Below are positions 30,971 to 41,230 of a DNA stretch of 64,000 nt, piece by piece. The translations under genes and the position numbers were made by a program. The notes beneath the pieces are model-generated. The model had not been told where the DNA came from. It made no database searches and saw only the letters and a program-made list of their open reading frames with translations. How positions within the stretch are numbered: the first letter of the stretch is position 1; each line of letters starts with the position of its first letter. Source of the DNA: Candidatus Thorarchaeota archaeon (GTDB lineage Archaea; Asgardarchaeota; Thorarchaeia; Thorarchaeales; Thorarchaeaceae); assembly GCA_030612005.1 (NCBI GenBank), contig JAUWOU010000003.1, positions 2,450 through 66,449 of the forward strand, read 5' to 3'.

Positions 30971-31038
30971 GAATTTTAAAAACAATAGAAACGAGTAGGG
31001 TACTAACGATTGTACCCTACATCGCTCTTTCTTTTTCT

Positions 31039-33015
31039 TCAGTTATCGATTCCAAGGAATTTCAGAAATGCCTTATTGTTTGATTTACGACCTAGAAAGT
31101 CTTTGACCATTTCATCAGGGTCTCGACTGCCGCCTGGCGCAAGAATCTTCTCACGATATTCAAGACCAATCTTTTCGTCTAGACACCCATTCACTTCGAA
31201 CTTCGTGAAGATGTCCTCAGCATATACTCTGGACCAGAGATAGCCGTAGTAACCAGCTTCGTATCCGCCCATGAGATGACCGAAGTTAGCATCAGGGGTT
31301 GTGTCGGGAGGAATTTCAAACCCAGTAATTTCTAAGAATTTCTTGTACCACTCTGAGGTAGTATTCTCAACTGGTGTAGTATGGAAATACATGTCAATTA
31401 AGGAGTAGAAAATTTGTCTTATTGTAAAGACACCAATATCTAGCAACTTCGCCTTCAACATTCGTTCTAGAAGATCAGCTGGTAGCTTCTTGTCAGTATC
31501 CTCATAATGCCCTGAAAGGAGTGTGAGAACTTCCTCTTTCCATGCCCAGTTTTCGAACATATGGCTCGGCGTTTCAATGAAATCAGGCAAGACACCGTCA
31601 AGTCCTAACGCTGCGTAGTTTGTGGTGTTAGTAATGACATGCATGAGATGTCCGAATTCGTGGAAGAATGTTTCTACTTCAGAGTGAGTTAGTAATGAGG
31701 GCTGACTCTTTGTAGGTTTCTGAAAGTTTGCCACCATTGAAGTAATTGGTAACAAGATCTTTCCATCTTTGAAGCGCCTATCGAGAAAGTTGAACACTGC
31801 ATAATGTTTGAACTTACCTTCTCGGGGATAGAGGTCCAGATAGAATACACCCATTGTATTTCCAGAAATCTTGTCGATTACTTTGAACTCCTGTACTTCT
31901 TCGGACCAGACATTAGGATTCTTGATTTCAATGAATTCAAGATTGAGCACTGTTTGATATACCTCTAGAACTCCATTCACGACTCGCTCCATGGGGAAGT
32001 ATTGCTTCACCTCATTCTGGTCAACTGAATATCTTTCCTTCATAAGCAACTCATGGTAGAAGAAAAGATCCCAAAGCTCAAACTTCACATCATCCAAGGG
32101 AGTACCAGTATCCTTTGCCTTCAACACCTTTAGTACTTCAAGTTCCTTATCTTTGAGTGGAATGAGCTTTTTGTTCAAGTCGTTCATGAAATCGAAAATA
32201 CGATCCGGTGTTTTTGCCATCTTGATACTGATTTCATATTCTGCAAAATTATTAAATTCAGCAAGTTTTGCTAAGCGATCTCGTAAGGTAAGTGCATCAG
32301 ATAGGCGCTCACTGTTCTCTTTCCCACCTCGTTGGTACTGAGCAGTTTGCATTCTCTTCCTTGTTTCTGGATTCTTTGCATAATTCAAAACTGGAACGAG
32401 AATTGGATAATCTAAAGGTAGTGGATAGACATCGCCATCCTTCTCAATATGCTCATACACCTGAGGAGGCACTCCTTCAAGTTCCGCTTCTGTACACGGT
32501 ACAGTTGTAGTAATCTCATTGAGAACCCGACTGTAGTCTGCGCTAAGCACAGTAATGTTGTTTGAAATTTCAAGAAACTCTTTGCGTTCATCATCGGGCA
32601 ATCCTGCACCACGATGTCTAAATTGTTCAAGAGCTTTCTTGAGAAGGGTTTTATCCTCTTCTTCCAAAGTATCAGCAATCGACTCAAGTCTTGCAATTAC
32701 ATCATAGAGGTCCTTTCTGCCCCAGAGTTCATTTGAGAATTTTCGAACTTGTTTCTCAACATCATCACATACATCTCTCTGAGCCTTATCTGTTGACACA
32801 TATTTCAGAAACACAAAGGGACCCAGTAATTCACCTAAGAGTCCTCCGACTTCTTCAAATTCTTGAAGGGTTGCAAGGGTCTCTTTACCAGGTGGAGTCT
32901 TAGCAATCGTATCCAATGTCTTCTTTGCTACTTCAATTGCTTCATCCGCAATGGTCTGAATTTTTGATGGGTCTATTGTCCAATCCATTTTGCAGATTAT
33001 TCCATCGTCTGTCAT
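31039..33015 (-). CDS. M3-family zinc oligoendopeptidase (thimet oligopeptidase/oligopeptidase A-like)
   Basis: 'FFHEFGHLMH' HExxH zinc motif in M3 context. 658 aa. Confidence 0.85.
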   Translation of the reverse strand: MTDDGIICKMDWTIDPSKIQTIADEAIEVAKKTLDTIAKTPPGKETLATLQEFEEVGGLLGELLGPFVFLKYVSTDKAQRDVCDDVEKQVRKFSNELWGRKDLYDVIARLESIADTLEEEDKTLLKKALEQFRHRGAGLPDDERKEFLEISNNITVLSADYSRVLNEITTTVPCTEAELEGVPPQVYEHIEKDGDVYPLPLDYPILVPVLNYAKNPETRKRMQTAQYQRGGKENSERLSDALTLRDRLAKLAEFNNFAEYEISIKMAKTPDRIFDFMNDLNKKLIPLKDKELEVLKVLKAKDTGTPLDDVKFELWDLFFYHELLMKERYSVDQNEVKQYFPMERVVNGVLEVYQTVLNLEFIEIKNPNVWSEEVQEFKVIDKISGNTMGVFYLDLYPREGKFKHYAVFNFLDRRFKDGKILLPITSMVANFQKPTKSQPSLLTHSEVETFFHEFGHLMHVITNTTNYAALGLDGVLPDFIETPSHMFENWAWKEEVLTLLSGHYEDTDKKLPADLLERMLKAKLLDIGVFTIRQIFYSLIDMYFHTTPVENTTSEWYKKFLEITGFEIPPDTTPDANFGHLMGGYEAGYYGYLWSRVYAEDIFTKFEVNGCLDEKIGLEYREKILAPGGSRDPDEMVKDFLGRKSNNKAFLKFLGIDN

Positions 33016-33209
33016 AAGTTGCTTTGGATTGTCATTTTCTATTTAAGGGCAACTTTATCCGCTATTCACTCAAATTTTCACTCTATTTGTAGAGATTGGA
33101 ATGGAGGACTTCCTTGTAATATGTTTTTTAAGCGTTGAAGTACAAATTCCAGTCAAGTCAACCCTAGACGTCATGCCATAGGGTTGTAAATAATCAGGAG
33201 AATTAACAT

Positions 33210-33770
33210 ATGGGCAAAGTCACAGACCCAATTGCTAAGAGAATTAGAAAGAAGGCCGCCAAGGACATCAAAGGAGGTTTCTTTGGCAGGATTACCCACT
33301 ACATCCCAGGATGGCACGGGTATCAAGAGAAGAACGAGCGGCGCGCCGCTGATAAAGTCCTACGTGAGTTCATTGCAGACCAACTTCGTCTTGTAAAGCA
33401 GGACCTAGAGAAGCTACAAATGATGGTCGTCGATTACAATCTCAGCAAGACTTGGGAAACCTTCGACAGGATGCTCAATCTTACAGATAAGATAGAGAGC
33501 GGAATCAGATATGCTGATTACGGTTACGCAGCCTGGGGTTCCAAGGAGAAGATCAATGAGAAAGAACTCGACCAAGTCTACGAGTTTGATGCAACACTCC
33601 TTGAGGATATTGGTGCCATTAACGATGTCGCTGAAGAATTTCAGGAAGAGATGAATCAAGGCAAGTTCGATGAAGCCTGGAATTACACATTCCGTATGTG
33701 GACCGTCATGCAGCGTCTCGAAGAGAAATGGAATCAGAGAGAAGGCTACATGAAAGGTTACCAAGATTAA
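33210..33770 (+). CDS. Hypothetical protein (186 aa) with a basic N-terminus
   Basis: ORF only. Confidence 0.4.
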   Translation: MGKVTDPIAKRIRKKAAKDIKGGFFGRITHYIPGWHGYQEKNERRAADKVLREFIADQLRLVKQDLEKLQMMVVDYNLSKTWETFDRMLNLTDKIESGIRYADYGYAAWGSKEKINEKELDQVYEFDATLLEDIGAINDVAEEFQEEMNQGKFDEAWNYTFRMWTVMQRLEEKWNQREGYMKGYQD

Positions 33771-33867
33771 TCCACTGACATTATTCCGGGGCGTTTGCTC
33801 CGGAATTCTACTTCTTTTCTAATTCGACCACATAGTAAAGTCTAACTTCTAAGAATGAGAATATTCC

Positions 33868-34203
33868 TTGAGAATTGGACTTATGCAAGGAACATTTCTT
33901 ATACTCACTATCGGTATCGAGTTTTTCCTACTAGTGGGCTATATGTTCTACGTTCTATTTCGGACATACACTGCAAGTGATGATAAAGTTTCGATGCTAT
34001 CTTGGTTGACGGGCATTATTGGACTAATTACTGTTGGACTGATTGGTACTGTTGCATTAGTAGCAACAAGGATGACAAACACCGATATTGTCATTGCCAT
34101 GGTATTTCTTACAGTAGACGTTGTAGGGTTATATCTTCTAGTCGATGACATTAGAAGAATATCACGTAGCTTGAAAGTATCACAGCTAGATTCATCATCT
34201 TGA
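33868..34203 (+). CDS. Small membrane protein (3 TM helices)
   Basis: Hydrophobic ORF. Confidence 0.35.
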   Translation: MRIGLMQGTFLILTIGIEFFLLVGYMFYVLFRTYTASDDKVSMLSWLTGIIGLITVGLIGTVALVATRMTNTDIVIAMVFLTVDVVGLYLLVDDIRRISRSLKVSQLDSSS

Positions 34204-34233
34204 GCATCCAGAATGGTGTCAACAACTTTGGTC

Positions 34234-34593
34234 CTAAGTGACTTCGTCCCGCTTGGTGAACCAACCAGGATGTTTTGCAATTACTTCTTCAGCATTAAGT
34301 ATCTTAATCTTCAATTCGGGGGTTTCAACAATTTCTAGCTCCACGGACTTCGCGGCTCGTTCAATCCTGCTAACTCCGAGAATCTTCTCTATCTGCTCAA
34401 TCTTTCGGTCCTCTGTCATAAACTCCATGGGGTCATCAATAAACTCTAGCATATCCCAAATTTCCTCAAGGAGAAAGAAGACAAGTTTGTGTTCGTAAAA
34501 CGGAGTGGAAACTTGCTTTAGGATAGACTCGATTAATCCACGGTCCCATTTCAATGTTAATTTGTCAATGATATCATAAAGGGTTGTTGTCAT
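34234..34593 (-). CDS. Hypothetical protein (119 aa)
   Basis: ORF only. Confidence 0.35.
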   Translation of the reverse strand: MTTTLYDIIDKLTLKWDRGLIESILKQVSTPFYEHKLVFFLLEEIWDMLEFIDDPMEFMTEDRKIEQIEKILGVSRIERAAKSVELEIVETPELKIKILNAEEVIAKHPGWFTKRDEVT

Positions 34594-34655
34594 GCTATCT
34601 AGTAAATTGCTAAGTGAACCTAAAAGAATTCCTCTGGAAATAGAAGAGATGAAGA

Positions 34656-34928
34656 CTACTCAACACCGAGGTCTCTTAGAGCGCGCTGGATCATGGATAT
34701 GTTTAGAAGATTATCACAGGACCCACATGTGAATGAGTCAGGACCCATCCATTCAACACCAGATTCGAAATCTAGAGAACTACCACAACTAGGGCATCTC
34801 ATCTCCTTACTTCTTTTAGAAGATAGGAAATCTCTTGTCACTGATCGAAAGCCAGTTTCTCGTTGAACCACCTTAGAACTTTCAGGGCGAGCAAGATCCC
34901 TCGCTGGTTTCTGTTTGAATTTATCCAT
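34656..34928 (-). CDS. Small zinc-ribbon protein
   Basis: 'CPSCGSS...CGSCD' four-Cys ribbon. Confidence 0.4.
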   Translation of the reverse strand: MDKFKQKPARDLARPESSKVVQRETGFRSVTRDFLSSKRSKEMRCPSCGSSLDFESGVEWMGPDSFTCGSCDNLLNISMIQRALRDLGVE

Positions 34929-35085
34929 TAGCTGGTCTCCAATTAATGGATAGATGAATCTTGAACTATAAGACTGAGCAATACGCGTAAGGAATCAGTT
35001 GCACATCTTCTAACTACCTACAAAGTGAATAAAGAAAGAGAAAGGAAAAGGAGGGTGTCCTCCCTTTCCCAAGATTGTTTTACAA

Positions 35086-35925
35086 TTACTCGAATTTCGA
35101 GGAAATCTTCTTCATTCCATAAAGATACAGAATGATCAAGAGAATCGCTCCAAGGTTAGAATTACCCAAGTTGTACATACCCGCAAAGAATCCAATGGAT
35201 CCGGAGCTCCATGGAAGGGTTGCAGCCCAATAATTCGCAAAATAAGCGAAGTAGGAATATGTAATTACATTGAATGTAATTCCGATTAGGAATGTCAATA
35301 CCATGAGCATGTAGAAGATCTTTGCGAGATCACCGAAGTAGCCGCCAATATTCTCAGGTAAGAACATCTTGAAGATGTTAAAGAGACCGTACGTCATGAG
35401 ACATACTGCAAAGGCAACCATGATACCTCCACCCAAAAAGATGAACTGGGGCATAATATGATTCATGCTGGTATTCCCAATCATACCATCAATACCAAGT
35501 ACTCCAGCATACAAGTAAATAGCAATTACTAGTAGTAAACCTTTCAGGAAGTGAAAGACATTCTTAACTAGGTCCCAATTTCCTACTCGTTCCTCAAGGA
35601 ATGGTCCAATGAAGAACAGAAGACCAACTATAAGGACTAAGACTGCTGGAATTGCCATCAATGGTTCTAAAGCCATCCATATCGCAGAATTCAGGATGAT
35701 GGAAAGACCAAGGCAAAGCCATGCCATTGTTTCCTTTTCGATTGCATAGTACATTGGAAATAGGAGCCCTAAAACCAATGTGAAATAATAGATCCAAGTC
35801 AGTCCGGCATTAGTTAATACTTCCGCGGACAGGTAGGTCCATGGCAAATATATCAGGTAGAAGATTGCTAATGCAATAGCTGACATATATTGGATTATTG
35901 TTTTAAAGTCAAATTCGTCACTCAA
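35086..35925 (-). CDS. Polytopic integral membrane protein (about 8 TM helices)
   Basis: Hydrophobic helices. No motif. Confidence 0.5.
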   Translation of the reverse strand: MSDEFDFKTIIQYMSAIALAIFYLIYLPWTYLSAEVLTNAGLTWIYYFTLVLGLLFPMYYAIEKETMAWLCLGLSIILNSAIWMALEPLMAIPAVLVLIVGLLFFIGPFLEERVGNWDLVKNVFHFLKGLLLVIAIYLYAGVLGIDGMIGNTSMNHIMPQFIFLGGGIMVAFAVCLMTYGLFNIFKMFLPENIGGYFGDLAKIFYMLMVLTFLIGITFNVITYSYFAYFANYWAATLPWSSGSIGFFAGMYNLGNSNLGAILLIILYLYGMKKISSKFE

Positions 35926-36072
35926 TTCAATTTTCTCCTTGGCCCATAGGGCCCACGCTATGATGATAGACCATTACAAAGTAGTATAAATCGGTGTTGT
36001 TTTTGTGAATTTCAGTTCGGTAATTGTCGAATTCTAGGGGGTTTTCGTGACTATCTTTACTCACTTTTGGCG

Positions 36073-36102
36073 CGGTTCAACAAATTGAACCATTTGTTCA
36101 AA
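36073..36102. promoter_or_regulatory. Candidate operator: three GTTCAA/TTGAAC half-sites in alternating orientation (GGTTCAAcaaaTTGAACCatttGTTCAA) in the divergent intergenic region.
   Basis: Perfect 7-bp inverted repeat GGTTCAA/TTGAACC with a 4-bp spacer, plus a third GTTCAA. About 70-90 bp upstream of the vWA gene start. Confidence 0.35.
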
Positions 36103-36166
36103 GATTAGACTCTTGTATTAGTTTATAAATCTAGAATATTTGTCAACTTGTTGAATAATATCCTGC

Positions 36167-38221
36167 TTGTGTATTGAGGAGCACAGGCGGAGGCTTATAC
36201 ATAATTCAACAATGTGGATGTGGGAGTCGAACCATGTGAAAGTGGAGACACGGTATATACTACTTGGTTTCGTAGGTATCATACTTCTAGTTACAGCTAT
36301 GGCGATACCATCATTGATAATTAACGATCAGAGAGATCTTTATGATGGTCCTGCAGCTTCAGTAAAATTAGGGTCAATGTTACCTGATGATGTAACGATT
36401 GAAGGATCAATTATCGACAGTTATGTTGATGTTTTGTATACAATGCGCTTTGATAATAGTGCATCAGTAACCGCATCTGAGATTAACTGGCTATTCGAAC
36501 TCCAGGAGGGAATCAGATTGAGTAATGTTTCAATCGTGATTGGGGAAGTCACATACTGGGGACAAGTAATGCCTGAACAAGCTGCCATAGAGGCGTACAA
36601 TGAAAGCGTTGAAGAAGATGAGAGTGCCTTACTTGTTGTAAAATCCGGAGATGGGTATCTGGTCAGTCTGAATTTGGAGAGCGGAATTGAAGCCATTGTG
36701 GGCGTCAGGGTAGAGGGTCTACTTGCAAGAAAATTAGGTCTCTATTCTCTAGATCTTCCTATCTCAAGGGGAGTTCCAATCCAGACAAATGTCATAATAG
36801 ATCTATCAATTCGTTCAAACTTCGATTCAATAGCAGGCTACTCAATCAAAGGGTTGCCTTCGTTCACAGCTACAGATTTGACAGATGGTATTAATATTGA
36901 TTATTCGAGTCAAAATATGATTCTCATAGAAGAATTAGAAATTAGATATACTTTGAATCGACAAATTGGCGGAAGTCAACTATTAACGTATACTAATGGA
37001 ACTGACAACTTCTTTGTCTATCTTCTAGCACCTTCAATAACCGAAGTATCAGATGGAGCATATCGGCAATATGTCTTCATACTGGATAAATCGGGATCGA
37101 TGGGAGGTACCAAAATTGAACAAGCACGCACAGCTTTCAATTCAATGATTGAAACGCTTCAGTCCAATGATCTATTCAATGTCGTTGCGTTTGATAACGA
37201 AATATCAACACTCTGGGTCGAACCACACTCTGCTTCTGTAACAAGCATCGAAGAAGCACAAACCTGGGTTAGCAATATTCAACCAGGAGGTAGCACGAAT
37301 TTCCATGGAGCTATGATGGCAGGTCTAGAAACGATGACAGCAGGAGAGAATGTGAAAGCTATATTGATGTTGTCAGATGGATTACCTACTGCAGGAGACA
37401 TTCAAACTACTGGAGGAATCCTGACAGCTGTTGAAGAAGCTAATGATCTTGGGGTTTCAATATCGACTGTGGCTTTTGGATCAGATTCCGATGAGAACCT
37501 AATGGCGAATATGGCTGCCCAAAACGATGGTTTCTTTGTCTTCATCCAGCCTACGTCCGATGCATCAGCTGAGCTCGTTGAGTTCTACTATGAATTCGCG
37601 ACACCAATTGCTGAATCGTACTCAATCGAATTTGGAGGAGTCCTAGATATGAGTACTCTGAAGCCTTTGGACGATTCACCTTTCTTTAATGGGAGTGAAA
37701 TTATCGTATGTGGTCGTTACGAGACCTCGATGAGTGTCTACACATCTATTGATTATCCAGATGGAACAGAAACCTATACGAATACTGCGACCACAGCATC
37801 AACTGAAAACGCGCATATTGAAAAAATTTGGGCGCAGCATCGAATCACGTATCTTCTAAGAATTGTTCAACTCGAAGGTGAAACACCATCTATCCGAGAT
37901 GAAATTGTTAATCTTGGAATGCAGTATGGAATCATTGTCGAGGGATATACTGCTCTTCTAATAACAACTGATTATCTGGAAGAAACTACCACTACAACGG
38001 AAACGACTACTACTACCACTACTACAACCACTACTACCACTATATATCCTACAACCACTACTACCACTACAGTAGCTCCTGCCACTACTACTACTACTAC
38101 TACTGCAGGCGGACTCCAGGCATTCGATTCAACGCTTGTAGGAGTTGCAGCAATAACAGGTGCAGTCGGAATCATTCTTGTAGGATTGGTATTATTCGTG
38201 ATCTGGAGAAAACGAACTTAG
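36167..38221 (+). CDS. Cell-surface VIT-vWA (von Willebrand factor A) domain protein with a Thr-rich stalk and C-terminal TM anchor
   Basis: vWA MIDAS motif 'ILDKSGSMGG...GGSTNF...LSDGLPT'. A ~37-residue Thr-rich run follows, then the TM anchor 'VGVAAITGAVGIILVGLVLFVIW' + RKRT. The start could instead be at 36212. Confidence 0.8.
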   Translation: MCIEEHRRRLIHNSTMWMWESNHVKVETRYILLGFVGIILLVTAMAIPSLIINDQRDLYDGPAASVKLGSMLPDDVTIEGSIIDSYVDVLYTMRFDNSASVTASEINWLFELQEGIRLSNVSIVIGEVTYWGQVMPEQAAIEAYNESVEEDESALLVVKSGDGYLVSLNLESGIEAIVGVRVEGLLARKLGLYSLDLPISRGVPIQTNVIIDLSIRSNFDSIAGYSIKGLPSFTATDLTDGINIDYSSQNMILIEELEIRYTLNRQIGGSQLLTYTNGTDNFFVYLLAPSITEVSDGAYRQYVFILDKSGSMGGTKIEQARTAFNSMIETLQSNDLFNVVAFDNEISTLWVEPHSASVTSIEEAQTWVSNIQPGGSTNFHGAMMAGLETMTAGENVKAILMLSDGLPTAGDIQTTGGILTAVEEANDLGVSISTVAFGSDSDENLMANMAAQNDGFFVFIQPTSDASAELVEFYYEFATPIAESYSIEFGGVLDMSTLKPLDDSPFFNGSEIIVCGRYETSMSVYTSIDYPDGTETYTNTATTASTENAHIEKIWAQHRITYLLRIVQLEGETPSIRDEIVNLGMQYGIIVEGYTALLITTDYLEETTTTTETTTTTTTTTTTTTIYPTTTTTTTVAPATTTTTTTAGGLQAFDSTLVGVAAITGAVGIILVGLVLFVIWRKRT
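37986..38103 (+). repeat. Imperfect ACT/ACC/ACA trinucleotide tract encoding the Thr-rich linker.
   Basis: 'actactaccactactacaaccactactaccact...' is a microsatellite-like coding repeat. Confidence 0.7.
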
Positions 38222-38369
38222 AAATTGAATGTAACCCAATCAGAGGACTCTGTAGCTCTAAGCTACACCTCTGATTTTCTTTTTTCTCACTTCTGAGATT
38301 AGTTGTTACTATTTCTAAATTGGTGTCAGTTAAATAGACCTTTGTAGGAAATACAAATGGTGCAAACGA

Positions 38370-38744
38370 GTGTATCAGAGATACTCAAGTTCAAAACCTG
38401 ACGACCAAGAGAATTCAGGGTCTTGCCCGAGCGCACGATTTCTAAATGAAGTCAAGTACATGACTGGCTTGCTCCTTCAAGATGCAAGTAATCAGCTTGA
38501 TAGAGTAGAGATTCTATCGCAACAAAAAATGATGGCAGATGCACTCGATACACTCTGGGGAGAAGTGGAAGATGGAAGTGTTAGGGTGTATTCCATTGCA
38601 GTTCTTCGAGCAGCGAAGATTGTTTCCTGTCCTGAAATAGGAAAGCACCTCAAGGATCCCAGTATAAACCATGCCAAGGTGTTGAGAGACCTTCGCATTC
38701 TCATCAATACGTTTGAATACATCATCAAACCAGAACGCACCTGA
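38370..38744 (+). CDS. Hypothetical small protein; the true start may be internal.
   Basis: ORF only. Confidence 0.3.
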   Translation: MYQRYSSSKPDDQENSGSCPSARFLNEVKYMTGLLLQDASNQLDRVEILSQQKMMADALDTLWGEVEDGSVRVYSIAVLRAAKIVSCPEIGKHLKDPSINHAKVLRDLRILINTFEYIIKPERT

Positions 38745-38797
38745 TACCAGATGGAAAGACTCATTCATGGAATTGTTATTTCTCCAACCTGATTGAT

Positions 38798-39553
38798 ATG
38801 AAGGTTACAATGCTTGGTACAGGAACATCATATCCTGATCCAGATAGAGTTCAATCAGGAATACTAATTGAGATGGCCGATGAGAGTATTCTCTTTGATA
38901 TTGGAGCAGGAGTCTTCCACAGGTTGACTCAGCTTAATGTGGATTTGAGCTCTATATCTTCCATTTTCTTATCGCATTTTCATATCGACCATTGTTCGGA
39001 TTTTCTAATGCTATGTCAGAACCTTTGGTTAAGTGGACACGACAAACCACTGAATATCTATGGACCACCTTCAATCATTGAGTGGTATAGAGGTCTCTTT
39101 GATATAGCGTTTACATACGCTCGTGATAGATTGATTATCAATGTGGCAGTTTTGAAAGAACACGAAGCAGTTCAGGTGGGAGAGGCAACTATCTCAAATG
39201 TACCCACGATTCACGGAAATATGGAAACTCGGGCATTGAAAATTGAATGGAGAAACCGTTCGTTTGTCTATTCATCAGATACAGCACCCTGTCGCGATGT
39301 TATTGGTCTTGCCAAGGGGGTAGATGTTCTTGTTCATGAATGTAACTGGCTCGATGGACCAAATCCAGAGGGGGTTCACACAACACCAAGTGAATTGGTT
39401 CAAATTGTTGAGGAGGCTTCTCCTAAAAAACTAGTTTTATCTCATGTATCACCAGAAGTTGTTGATAAGAAAGACAAAGTCCTAGAGATTATTAGCCGCA
39501 GAGCAAATGCGGAGGTAGTCATGGGAGAAGACCTGATGTCATTTGAGATCTAG
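38798..39553 (+). CDS. MBL-fold metallo-hydrolase (RNase Z-like)
   Basis: 'SHFHIDHCSDF' HxHxDH motif; 'MLGTGTSYPDPDR' N-terminus typical of RNase Z/ElaC-like enzymes. Confidence 0.7.
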   Translation: MKVTMLGTGTSYPDPDRVQSGILIEMADESILFDIGAGVFHRLTQLNVDLSSISSIFLSHFHIDHCSDFLMLCQNLWLSGHDKPLNIYGPPSIIEWYRGLFDIAFTYARDRLIINVAVLKEHEAVQVGEATISNVPTIHGNMETRALKIEWRNRSFVYSSDTAPCRDVIGLAKGVDVLVHECNWLDGPNPEGVHTTPSELVQIVEEASPKKLVLSHVSPEVVDKKDKVLEIISRRANAEVVMGEDLMSFEI

Positions 39554-39999
39554 TAACGAAAAGTCAGCGGACCCCACATTCTCTTTATGTTTGACATTCC
39601 AAGTACTCCACCCATAATGAACATGGGAGTCCATGATGTAAGGTCTAGAAAGTCTGGCATGATTAAAGGGTCAAGTTGTTGCGATAATGCTAGCCCATTG
39701 ATTACTAGGATTACAAAGAAAACCAGTGAATAAATCAAATTGATTATTGCTGCCTGACGTGCAAACTTGTATTCGTACGTTTTGTTAACATGATTAGTAT
39801 CTTGAATCAGCCGAATCACGAAGAACAGCATTATGGCGATAACCGGTGGATATCCTAGTGCCCAATAGAACGCATATGTCACAAGCACGGCAATAGTATA
39901 GAAGAGGTAATTGACCAAGGGATTGAATGCTCTTATTGGAGGACGCTTATTTTCTGGTTCCTCAGTTTTCTCTTCAGGGATTGGGGTTTCTTCGCTCAA
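39550..39999 (-). CDS. Small membrane protein
   Basis: Hydrophobic ORF; overlaps the previous gene's stop. Confidence 0.4.
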   Translation of the reverse strand: MSEETPIPEEKTEEPENKRPPIRAFNPLVNYLFYTIAVLVTYAFYWALGYPPVIAIMLFFVIRLIQDTNHVNKTYEYKFARQAAIINLIYSLVFFVILVINGLALSQQLDPLIMPDFLDLTSWTPMFIMGGVLGMSNIKRMWGPLTFRY

Positions 40000-40205
40000 G
40001 GTTCACACATTCATGTTATCGGATTATATGCTAATAATAGACCGCTTGAAGGCAAGCAATTGGATAATAACCTACTTTCTTGATACTTCGTAGCTGTGGT
40101 TAACGACAGTTTCTTCTCAGAACCCATCGTAGAGCATACCATGTCAATGTTTAAAACCTATGAAAACTGTACTCAATCAGAACTCGATTATTAACGGGTG
40201 TTATT

Positions 40206-41096
40206 ATGGCAGATGCAATTGAATGGACTAATGCCAGTCCTGACCACTTAGTCTGGAGATATCCAGACAACCGAATAAGTTGGGGCTCACAACTAATTGT
40301 AATGGAAAACCAGGCAGCTATCTTCTACAGAGATGGACAGGCTCTGGATACTTTCCTTGCGGGCCGCCACAAACTTACCACCAGTAGCATGCCAAGCCTT
40401 GCTGGATGGTTACAAAAGAAGATCAAGGGCGACGTCTTTGAAGCCACCTGTATCTTCATTTCCAGATCCCAGTTCCAAGGCAAATACGGTGGAAGAGGAC
40501 AAACAAGCGATCTTGCACCACTCATGTTTCATGGCAACTTCTGGTTCCGCGTCAAGGAACCCAAGATCTTCGTGAATGAAGTCGTATCTAATCAGAACGC
40601 TTTCAGCACCAAGAAGGTCAATGACTTCCTTCGCTCATTTATGAATGAGAGAATCATCGACGAATTTGCTCACTTTGACCTACAATCTGTTTTCACACAG
40701 CTTGACGAAACCTCATTGAAGGTCAAGACCAAGGTCAGAATGAACTTCGAAAGAATCGGGCTTGAGCTCGTAGATTTGAAGTTCGAAGGACTTGATACCA
40801 CAGAAAAGTATCGAGAGCGCCTCTTCTGGCTCAAAACTGGAGGAGTTAGCGGACAGCAAATCATGGGCTCTGAAACTATCAAGTCATCAGCTGAATCTCT
40901 TGGAAAGAGTCCCGGTGCCGGCTTCGGTGCAGGCATGGGCTTCATGGGAGCGGCAGCAGGAATGATGGGCGGTGGCGGACAAAAAGGTGGCGGTGGAGGC
41001 GGTTCAGCCCCTGCTGGAGCCAAGTTCTGTCCTAACTGTGGTACTGCAACTAGCGGTGCTAAGTTTTGTTCCAACTGTGGAACAAAAATCGGATAG
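40206..41096 (+). CDS. SPFH/Band-7-like (Band_7_1-type) protein with a Gly-rich linker and C-terminal double zinc ribbon
   Basis: The N-terminal 'LVWRYPDNRISWGSQLIVMENQAAIFYRDGQALDTF' resembles the Band_7_1 family start. C-terminal 'FCPNCGTATSGAKFCSNCGTKIG'. Confidence 0.55.
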   Translation: MADAIEWTNASPDHLVWRYPDNRISWGSQLIVMENQAAIFYRDGQALDTFLAGRHKLTTSSMPSLAGWLQKKIKGDVFEATCIFISRSQFQGKYGGRGQTSDLAPLMFHGNFWFRVKEPKIFVNEVVSNQNAFSTKKVNDFLRSFMNERIIDEFAHFDLQSVFTQLDETSLKVKTKVRMNFERIGLELVDLKFEGLDTTEKYRERLFWLKTGGVSGQQIMGSETIKSSAESLGKSPGAGFGAGMGFMGAAAGMMGGGGQKGGGGGGSAPAGAKFCPNCGTATSGAKFCSNCGTKIG

Positions 41097-41107
41097 TAGA
41101 ATAATAT

Positions 41108-41146
41108 TGGTTGGGTGTTTTTGCCCAACCAGTTTTCGTTTTTTCT
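41108..41146 (+). terminator. Hairpin (TGGTTGGG-tgtttttg-CCCAACCA) plus T-tract after the SPFH gene. Duplicated at 41823-41860.
   Basis: 8-bp stem followed by 'gttttcgttttttc'. Confidence 0.55.
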
Positions 41147-41230
41147 TGAATCATTCATGCGGGTATTGTGTTGACGATAGTTCCACTTTTACTAAAAGTT
41201 TATACAAACTCCTGTCTAAATATTACATGA

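Noticed and set aside
37972-38175. 67-aa minus-strand 'poly-Val' ORF
   Set aside because: Antisense translation of the Thr-codon microsatellite inside the vWA gene.
40670-41158. 162-aa minus-strand ORF and 41637..41843 68-aa ORF sharing 'GKNTQPILFYYPIFVPQL'
   Set aside because: Both are antisense readings of the duplicated zinc-ribbon 3' end plus terminator. Their similarity simply reflects the DNA duplication, not a protein family.
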